Assembly: GCA_002633005.1 (NCBI GenBank) | Contig: NMRA01000008.1 | Coordinates: forward strand, 1,032,880 to 1,068,523 | Direction of reading: 5' to 3' | Length of the DNA stretch: 35,644 bases | Origin: Phoronis australis | Lineage: Eukaryota > Animalia > Phoronida | In this document: positions 11,985 to 21,839 of the stretch, piece after piece | Layout: the number at the start of each line of letters is the position of its first letter | Position numbering within the stretch: the first letter of the stretch is position 1 | Program-made: the position numbers and the translations under genes | The notes under the pieces: model-generated | What the model was told of the DNA's origin: nothing | Database searches by the model: none | The model's input: the letters and a program-made list of their open reading frames with translations, nothing else

Positions 11985-12120
11985 CATAGGCGGATCCAGG
12001 GGGTCAAGGGAGACCGGACCCCCCTCCCCTTATACTCTTTTGGTGCTATCCGATCAAATCTAGAGTTTTCAAATTGTTGACTTTGACCCCCCTTTTTAAA
12101 AAATCCTTGATCCAACCCTG
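11985..12120. mobile_element. MITE family B (hAT5-like), in ENPP intron 3
   Basis: CATAGGCGGATCCAGG...GATCCAACCCTG. TSD ATGCG (11980-11984, 12121-12125). Confidence 0.85.
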
Positions 12121-12275
12121 ATGCGCAGCAGTGAAGCGACACGTATAAGACTAGACAACTGACATGACTTTCCAGATAATGAAGTCAATACAGTCAGAGA
12201 AAAGTCTGTATCATCGGCTTACACACCAAGCCGACTGCGCGCTGGAGACTGGAACGAGGCTGATTCGCTACTCAC

Positions 12276-12468
12276 TCGTGACCCGTGGAATCCGGTTCAT
12301 TGAAGTACAGCGCCACCATATGGACCGATTCGCTCACAAACCAGTCAACAGCTTGGTCCACGCGATCAGTGAAAGCTACACTTTCGTTATAAGGTCTCCA
12401 GAAGTTTGGCCTTAGACCATGATTCTCTACCTCACCTCCAGGAAAGAAGTAAGTGGCTGACTTTTTAC
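12276..12468 (-). CDS. ENPP4/5/6/7-like, coding exon 3 (absent from ORF track)
   Basis: Hand translation GKKSATYFFPGGEVENHGLRPNFWRPYNESVAFTDRVDQAVDWFVSESVHMVALYFNEPDSTGH with metal ligands EPDxxGH. Acceptor ATACAG|, donor GA|GTGAGT. 193 nt, phases match the neighbouring exons. Confidence 0.93.
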
Positions 12469-12558
12469 CTGTATGCGTAAATATTGAACATTCTTAAAGT
12501 TATGTGAGGAGTATCTATAAATAACGGACATTCTCATAAACTAAAGTTATGAGAATTC

Positions 12559-14815
12559 TTTTTTTTTTCTATATATTTGTTAACATTGATAAACAAGTAA
12601 AAAAACAATCAAGTACAACCATTCATACACGCATGCGCACCTCAGGAAAAACCATTCTCGTATCTCGTAATAAAGTAAGCGACTGCTACACGGAGTTAAT
12701 GTGAACAGCAAAATTTTTCCATTACCCAGAGAAGCTGCCATACACAAAATTTCTATTCGCAACTAATTTTTTTAGCATTATAGTACTCATGAGTGTAGGC
12801 AGGAAGTGATATCTCTTCCTGGTATAGGTAATAAGCTTGTGAGTATTGTGTATATCTTGCGGCATCTCTTCTCGTAAATGTGCTGTTTGGCTAGCAATAG
12901 CAAAATGTTAAATAAAAAACCATGTGTCTCATATAAGTCCAAGAATAACACGTTTGTAAGAGAAACAGTTGGGAAGTTGAATGAGACACTTTTGAAGTAT
13001 TTTTCTGAATTCCTTCCAAAAATCTTCAACAGGGCTACATTCTCAAAAAAGGTGTGACAGCGACTCAGGAGTTTTATTACGTAAGGATCTTAAATTATAA
13101 CCCCGAACTTGGATTTTGAGCCAAAGAGTATTTGTTGCAATAATCCTGGAACCATCTAATGTTGGGATCCATTGTAATTTCATAAGGCAGTACTATATTT
13201 TATTCCAATTTAAACAATCCCCTAACTCTGTTTCCATTTACACTCTGTCTTCATCCCTTCACATCCTTCCGTAAGTGAGTAATTGCTAAAAGTATGCAAG
13301 GAGAATATATATTTTAAAACACTTTTAAATTTACTTTGAAGTAGAATTTTTGAAACCTTCCTAGAACAGAAACAACACCATTATATTCTACAAAGTTCGT
13401 TTTCACATCGAACCCGTTTATCATATGGTTTAAACTAACAGAATCGCCATCAGAGGTACACATATCTCGAATTTTTATAAAAAAAACACTTCTGCCTCCG
13501 ATCCACAGTTACTACTGAACCACAAAGGTTGATTCAAAAAGTCTTCTTTACTCGCAACTATGATTTTTTTCATAGAAAGTTGCCATACTTCCAAATACGC
13601 CGCGCCAGCAGGAATTATCAATAAGAGTTAACTTCGACTTAATGAAGTATTCTCCAAATTAAACAAAATTTGTTTAAAAAGGGTAAATTGGGTAATGTAA
13701 CTGACCGCTTTTAGACGCAGTACTTTTAGATATCTATGGACCATGGCGAGTTTTAAAGTTTTGCTGAAAGTATGTTTATTAACACCCTTTGATCTAGTCC
13801 TAGACAGGCCGTTTAATTTTACCATTACGAGCCTGCCAAACAAATCTAAAGAATATCATATTCAATTCACCCAAGACCTCTACTGGTGGAAATTGGTAAA
13901 CTTGACAACAAAAAATAAGTTTCGAAATAGCTAACGTCTTAATAACAGTTGCTCTACCAAACGAATTTAAATTTCGTGGACTCCAATTTCTTAATAAAGA
14001 CTCAGTCACTCTTTCAGTGAAGTTCTTATGCGTCATACTATCCAATTGAGTGTCTAAATCCACCCCCAAAATCTAAAGGATTTTTTGTCCAAGACAGACT
14101 TTCTTTTGTAGGAATTACTTTATCACTACCAATTTTACTTCCAATCCGATATGGCTTTTGTTTTATCCACATTCACTTGGAGACCGGAGGCACTAGCAAA
14201 CAAGTGTAGCACTTTCAATGAGCTATTCAGTAACAAATTCGACCCATCCAAAGTACTTGATGAGTCATCCACACCTTGAGAAATTAAATACTTCTTATTT
14301 CCTGCAACTACGCCTGCAATATGTTTGTCTTGATTAAATACGCCAAAATCTCCGCACACAATAAGAAAATGTAGGTTGACTGAGGTCAGGTCTGCAGCCA
14401 CGCGAAATATTGAGCCAGGAAGATGAGTGACCCATTACCACAACACACGACTTAATATTACCATAAAAGACTTTTACCCACCTTCTGATCAAAAAACCAA
14501 AATAAGGGAAAGGTATTGTTTTGTATAAAATTCCACGACAATGAATAAAATGCTTTCTCAAAATCGGTCAGTAAGAGCAATTCTGGTTTGTTAGCTCACT
14601 GGGCAAAAACATAAAAACATGTGCATGTACCACGCGGATATTTTTGTTCCTATTTCTTCCAGAAACGAAACTTGTCTGGTCCTTACTGATTAATTTTCCC
14701 AAAACGAATTTTAAAAGTTCAGCCACAGCAAAAAGAAGCCAATTTATATGTCACATTGAGTAAGGCTTACCAGTTATCCAAATAATGTTTACTTTTGTCT
14801 GCTCCCTTAGGGAGA
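12559..14815 (-). mobile_element. Decayed L1/Tx1-like non-LTR retrotransposon (ORF2 RT and C-terminal region) in ENPP intron 2
   Basis: Frameshifted fragments LPKG..NW..SLLNVTYK, KDQTSFVSGR, NISRGCR, SGLQVNVDKTK, WSPRNLNSFGRATVIKTLAISKL, and zinc-knuckle remnant PESLSHLF*EC. An A-run at 12559-12568 on the minus strand is a possible tail. Boundaries are approximate. Confidence 0.85.
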
Positions 14816-16056
14816 CCGGTAAGTCATGAGAAATCTTACCAGCAGGTCTTTATATTTAGTCAAGCATCTAGAAAAGCTAAGGGTTTAACTCAGTAAATTT
14901 ATTGCATTTCCTGAAAGTAAAAAGAGTGCAGAATTCAACTCAAGTCTTTATACTACAGTTTTGTCTTTGGATGGGTCACTTGGTCCTGCCAAAATTTTTT
15001 TTGCAAACAGAAAAGCACGTTCACAACAAAACAACGTTAACTAAATTTCCCTTGATAGAAATATGCAAGACCAAACTCAGAAACACTATCATTTTTTACG
15101 TTTTTAATTGATGCAACTTTAAATTCTTTTCGTGGATTATAAAAAGCACCTTATGAAAAAATGAGGCATTTTGAAAACAATTCATAGAACCAACAACTTG
15201 GAGAAAAATGTATAACTCTTAGTAAGCCGGAAGTCATTTCAATCCGACCACAAACTTCTGAGATATGACTTTAGGAATTTATTAAATTTTTGACGTTTTT
15301 AATGGATACTCGAAACCTCAAAATGTTCAACTTTTACTGAACGGGAATTTCTGATGACATGGAAACATTCCAAACCAATCGAGAAGCTGTTTTTTACTAC
15401 AAACAGCCTCTTACTATAAACATCTTGTCTGGAGACTTTTTGTACAAAAAGGAAATAAACTTCTATATCGTTATTAGAGATTTAAATGGCAGTGTGTAGA
15501 CCCAACGAACAGTCTTCATGACGTTTTCTATAGCCTCTGAATTGGGCCATTAAAAACTGATCCTAACTTGTTCCAAGCACAGAATACCGAGAAAGGAGCT
15601 CTGAACTTAGAAACGATAGATGTTGTTGTTTAATACTGAACCCAATGAGATGACCTTCGTAGGAAACTATTTTGTACAGTGCCGAGATGCAGTATGGGTT
15701 TGAAAAGAGACTATTCCGGCAAAGTAACATGATAACACTGTTAAGGTGCAAGTATGCCCTGGAGAAACTTCACAACTTCCCATTGCGACTGACAAATTTG
15801 GCGCAAAAGTAAAGAGGCACCACATAGTGTGTAAATGAGCGCGCGCACAGATGATAATTACTTCTGCCGTGTTTGCGTCCACACCACGACTTGTGTGAAG
15901 GAGTTACCCTAGGACCAGTTAACCTAACTTGTTCTAGGGTATCCCTAGCGTGTACGGCACTTTTAAGGTCACACCACGAGCTTAGAATAAATCAAAACGG
16001 CGGGGGACTTTGAGGCTTCAGTTGAAGAGTAAATCAAACTACCTGAAATATCTTAC

Positions 16057-16200
16057 CTTGCTTCCGAGCCGTGATCCATATCGGTTCACCATTGGACCAC
16101 CACCGTGACTGCGATGGGCCAGACCGCATAGTAAAAGTATCGTTCAGCACTGGGTCATAAAACGAATTGGACACGATACCGTGATTTTCTTGGTATAGAC
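16057..16200 (-). CDS. ENPP4/5/6/7-like, coding exon 2
   Basis: Acceptor CTGTAG|, donor G|GTAAGA. Encodes GLYQENHGIVSNSFYDP...WWSNGEPIWITARKQ, typical NPP motifs. 144 nt, phase 1-1. Confidence 0.93.
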
Positions 16201-17099
16201 CTACAGATATAGGATCGTCAATTAGCAGCATTGGCACAGATAGATGTTTTTATAGGTGCTAAGTTAGTCTGTGACATCCTTGAAATATTTTTTTATAGTT
16301 GACAGGGCAGTATTACAACGATATGTCCGGTGGAAATAACTAAACTTTTGGTACTCGTGTTTGTAAATTACCTTGAAGACCCTAACCGTGAGGGTCTAGG
16401 GACTGCAAACACCTTAACCGATGTGGAAAAAAATAAAAATAACCCTAACTGATGGAATGCCGTAGTGCATCGCAAATAATTGTCGATTTTGTTGGGCATA
16501 GGAGAGAGTATGGCAAGAAATGAAAAGGCACCGTGTTTCCAAATTTGATTTTCTTTTTCAAAAAGTGACTTTATGTCGTAGACTTTTTGTTCGTTACCTT
16601 ACTTCATAACTGTGTGATTTTTAGCAACTGTTGGCAATTTTGTGATAATTTTTCCACACAGTGGAACTTTTTCACGTGATGTGGTGCGTAAACACGAAAT
16701 AGGTACAAAAGAAGGTAAATGACTTAATGTTTTCTACCACAACCGTCCAAATGTTTCATTCTCGTACCCCAATACTCATGAGCCTAATACGCATGTACTA
16801 ATTACTTCAGATCAATCAAGTGTTTGTACTGAAACAATGTGGCATTGCTAGGTAAGCTTAAATTTGAGTCTAGTTAGTCGAATCGGAGTTCGAGAATTAC
16901 GCACTGGTCATAACATTCGCTTCAAAAGTTGGTGGTGAAAACGCGATCACGATTGTGATTTACGGAATGATCTCATTTTAGCAATATTCCTTGGTTGATA
17001 AAATTCGCACTTTGAAATGTCTATAGGTAAGACAAGTCATAATAAAGTACACATAAGTTTAAATGTACCAAAAAATATGTCTTAGTTCACTTGTTTAGT

Positions 17100-17260
17100 C
17101 AGGGGCGGATTCGGGATTTTTGAAAAGGGGGTCGGATCAAGGATTTTTTAAATAGCTGGGTCCAAGTCAACACTTTGAAATTTCTTGATTTGATACCACT
17201 AAAATCAAGGGAAAAGGGGTTCGGACCCGCTTGATACCCCACCCCCTGGATCCGCCTATG
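17100..17260. mobile_element. MITE family B (hAT5-like), in ENPP intron 1, opposite orientation to 11985-12120
   Basis: CAGGGGCGGATT...CCTGGATCCGCCTATG. TSD TTAGT (17095-17099, 17261-17265). Its reverse complement aligns by eye with 11985-12120. Confidence 0.85.
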
Positions 17261-18218
17261 TTAGTATGACATCATTTGACATTTTCGACCCAGTTAAATA
17301 AAACTAAAATGCCAAAACTAAAAACAATAATTAGGCCATATTTACGTAGCGCTGTAAATTACTAAGCACTTCCAAAATTATTATCTGGTTATGAATCCGG
17401 TCAATCGCTGTCCTTCTCAACTCCTCGGGAGCATACAGTGGGTGTAACCGCCGTCAGAGCACACGGACTACTCCAAACGCATTGTTTTGTAAAGAAATTT
17501 CAAATGCAAAATTCTCCCCGTGGTTACCTGAACCGGAAAAAACTAAGACCTGTGAAATTTTTGAAAATATGTTGTGAATATGCATTTCCTACTTCTACTT
17601 GTGGGTCCAAATCGCTTCATAATAGTGGCATATTCGTCATCACCAGACATCCGAATTACGAAAAGGGTCTAAAAGCAAGAAATCTACAGAACCATCAAAT
17701 ATTATGGTTTTACACTGCGCCTCAGATGAGAATCATGTGTACTTAATGACGCCATTAAACGAGTTCGACATAAGAATTTCTCGAAAAAAGTGCAAAGAAT
17801 TTCAGTCAAATAACGTTTAATGAAATGAACCAATGTACCGCAGCAAAGAATTGAGCAGTCATGCTTGTCTTAGTGCCATTCATTATTTCTATTTAGAAAG
17901 GTAGTTCAGAAAATATCCGATGCTGAAAAAAATGAACGCTTGTAGCTACCACACCAAATCCAATTTCTAATTATTACAAAGAAAGAAACTGTCTACATAG
18001 TTCAAAATCAAATACGTAAAAGCACAACAGGGTGAACTGGTAAACTGAGAGCAGACCCTGCAAAAGGTACGTTTTCTCACTATAGCGGTGTTATCTGAGG
18101 GGGTGAAACACGAAATAATAAACCAAATATAACAACTTGCTACTACGTTGTTTACTTATCTCACCTTTTGTTTACACAGATTAAAATTATAGTGCTCTTG
18201 GAATTATCTCAACCTTAC

Positions 18219-18456
18219 CAGTTGCAAGCGTGTAATGCATAGGAAAAGTGACCGTTGTGAAATGACTGTTGACGTAAGGAGCCCTGACACCCTCTCTTTC
18301 AAATCGATCAAAGTTAGGCGTGTGGTTGACATGCTGCAAATAGTCGTGTCGGAAGCCATCCATGGAAATAAGCAGTACTTTGCCAGAATAAGACGCCTCA
18401 GCCAGTGCGGCCCAACTTGTGACTACCAGTAATGACAACAGTTGGTAAACAGACAT
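18219..18456 (-). CDS. Ectonucleotide pyrophosphatase/phosphodiesterase (ENPP4/5/6/7-like), coding exon 1
   Basis: CAAAATG start, hydrophobic signal peptide, VLLISMDGFRHDY (metal Asp), catalytic segment TVTFPMHYTLATG. Donor G|GTAAG at 18219/18218 (phase 1). Confidence 0.93.
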
Positions 18457-20214
18457 TTTGGCACGAGTTGTTTCAGTCCACAGGCCAAGAGAGTATCTGC
18501 GAAGAAACTTTACATCTGTGTCCTATATCATAGTAGTGCCGGAAATAACAAGGCTTTTGTAAGGCTTTTCCGTTTCCAGGAACCTGTAAGGTGTGTCGGA
18601 AAAACCGGGGGGGGGGGTACTCTGCTATAGTTTTGACGGAGGTTGCCCTGTATCGGAAAATAGAATACCGAACAACTCGTAAAAAGGACCCATGAACACT
18701 ACCTACCTTTAGTCCAGAAACACTACAGGTCCTTTCATGTGGGCATTGGTTCCATATACGCCTTTCCCCAAGTTCTGTGCCTTGCAAGGAAACGTGAATC
18801 CTCTCATGTAAAACACCTTAACGGTTTCCAGTAAATCTCTCGTATTCACATTTCATGTTGTTTTTTGTCAACATTTTTGGGACACGCTTTTTCGCTTGGG
18901 CAACAAACTTCGCGCATATCATGTACATTATACGATGTAAGTCCAGCATGTCGCTGAACTAAAACTTACGCAACATCTTGTGTAGAGATAAGCTCAAATT
19001 GAAACGAGGAAACAGAATGACGCCTTTCTGAGAAACATGGCGCCCCCACCGTCTATAAGCAAGACTGATTCATGTGATTTCGTGAGCTTGTTGTTTCCTT
19101 ATGAAAGATTGCAAGCCGTCTTCATTAGTAAATTTTCATTTACTAATAGTGAAACATTTAGTCGAATGGATGGCTAGCACTGTTAACATTCTTGAAATTG
19201 CCTCTAAATATATTAGCAGGCGTGCATTTTGTTACCTATTACACGACAGTGTCGATTTCAAACCCCCAGTGCTGAGTGTTCTCCATGAACTCAGTCTTGA
19301 CAGGCTGTCCCGCCGGTCACGTTATATTTCCGTGTCAGTGTCAAACAATAATATTTTTACGTCGTGAGATGCATTGTGCTAAAACATGTTATATAAGCCA
19401 GGCAAGTAAACTACCACATCAACTAAATATGTTTTTCTATTGACTTGCCCAAAAGATATAAAATAAAATACATAACAAATTCCAATTCGTTTTAAACATA
19501 ATGCCTATAATCGAAATAGTGTGCCATGCGATATCAGATATATGTGTTGAATCCATGAACATATGACCATATAAATATTGGGGTGTGCTCGCATAATCCA
19601 GCTTCGACAGAGATCCGCGTGATAAAAGCAATATCGCGATAAATGGTTACAGTACTCATGTGTTGCAATCCGTAGCCTATCCCAGTTGGAGATCAACACA
19701 GGATGCCATCTAGTGTAGATCTGAAGACTTATCGCGTGACAGATGGTCACTGCTTCTCTTGCTTTGAGGCGGCAACGAACGAGCGCGCGTGTTGGTGACC
19801 ATTTCTTGATCCATGCAGTATTTCTGCCGCATGCTGACTCCAGCATTAATGCCGGTGGTTTGCAATGATCTGGCACTGGATTGGTTTGCTGATGAACACT
19901 GCTCATCGACATCTTTGTTTGGCAAATGTTGTTATTATTACGCGGTACGCAGTCGGTAGTCGTTAGGAACTTGCACACTTCAAGGTCACCGGAGCTTGTC
20001 TTTTGAGCATCCTGTGTAATCGCCATTATATCGAAAGACCTGTCATCTATATATAGGTATACATGAACTTTAATTTTCATCACAGATAACGTAGAACTTT
20101 TTCTGTACACTCTCGCACAATTCGATGTTGCCCAATAAGTCATAGAACAGCTTAAACGTGAGGTAGGCCTTAACCTTGGACTTATGTCAAGGACTTTTGA
20201 TTTAGACCACTTAC

Positions 20215-20375
20215 CAGGGGCGGATCAAGGATTTTGAGTTAGGGGGGGTCCGGCAGGGCAAAGTATTAGCCAGGATTTTGCCAGTCAGACATTCGCACCC
20301 CCGAACTGCCAAGGTAATCTGGTAAAATTTAAGGGGGACCATGGCCACCTTGGCCCCCCTCTAAATACGCCACTG
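20215..20375. mobile_element. MITE family A (hAT5-like), shorter copy
   Basis: CAGGGGCGGATC...AAATACGCCACTG. TSD CTTAC (20210-20214, 20376-20380). Confidence 0.88.
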
Positions 20376-21839
20376 CTTACCGTTGTGCAATCGACCTCAT
20401 CTTGCAATTTCACCTTAATTAAGCAAAAACGCAAGCGTCAGTTTCCACATTCATACACACACATACACTTGAGCACGCACACGCACGCACAAACACACAG
20501 ACACAAAATCAATCTACCTCATTTTATTATCCCAGAACATAAAATTCAGCTGATAAACATGGAGGCCGGCGATGTGGTTGTGATGTCAACAAATGGATAA
20601 CGTCATTCACTGTTAACAAAACTACAGTCGCTGTGAAACATTAGACTGGGTCCTGTTCTGTAACGTAAGACACTAGCGAGTGAAAACTAAAGGTTTGATC
20701 ACGTGCATCACTTGTATTACAAAGATTTTATCTCGATTTTCTGTCAAGAAACTTGCGTTACGTCGAAAGACACTCATGAAAACATTCAGGCAAACCATGC
20801 GCAAGATCACGCTAGTGAAAAGCGGGTGTCCTAGAGTACGTCACCGTCTTCTTTTGAAAATGCGTGTGTTTTGTTCGTTACTTGAAATACATGAGTTGAT
20901 GATACAATAGTCACTGAAGCAATGTCACGCATAACCCAAGGACACTTCCGATATTTTGTTGCCTGCAAATATCCCTCGGAGGTGTTTCTGCTCGTGTGCG
21001 AACTTCAATCAAACATAGAAAATGGATTCGGTCACGTAACTGTTTAGCCTAACTCATTCTTAGCAGGTCTCCGAAGTTGAACGTGACTGTCATTCTCAAT
21101 GATCCTTATAGTCCTGTCTCCTATTTGTTCTCAGAAGAACACGATGGCGTTCCATACGGGTCATTATTAGATCCCACTGAAGTGATTGGTTGGTGATGCT
21201 GCAGTGAAGAATCATCAGAGAATGTTGTGTCTCCGTTCAAAAAGCGAGACATTGTCACCGCCATGCAGTCTCTCGCCGTGTCATGCGTCCACGGAAGGCA
21301 GCCTAGTCCAAAGTTTTCAGTACAACTAGACAGATAAAAAGTGATGATTTTTGTCTAAGGGTAAGTTCATTATTTCAAAGTTTTCGGTTAAAATTTTGTT
21401 ACGGCTATTAATACAAAGCATACGTGGATGATAATATAAACAGCTCCCATTTCATACACGTGTCCTTCACAAAAATTCGCACTCTCAAATTATAGAAAAG
21501 CGGGATATGATAACGTTACGTAAAGTGGCATTTAAGCCGAATTTTATGCCAAAAGCAACTTTTGATTTATGCCACGAACTGTCATAAAAAACGGTCTCGT
21601 CTTATTCCTAACTCGGCATAGAAATAATCTTGGATCAGGAAGGACTGGTAGTTCGTTATTGATTCAGAGAGGGGGCGCATTAAGATTTTTCCGATGCCTA
21701 AACACAAACTTTATCTCCTCATGCCTGGGTAAAAATAATAATAATGGGGCTATTCGGAAAATCTACAATAACTAGAGGGCGCGCGTGTACTAGTGGTGAT
21801 AGATTAACACCCTCGATTTCGCGAGCCCTTTAAAAAAAT

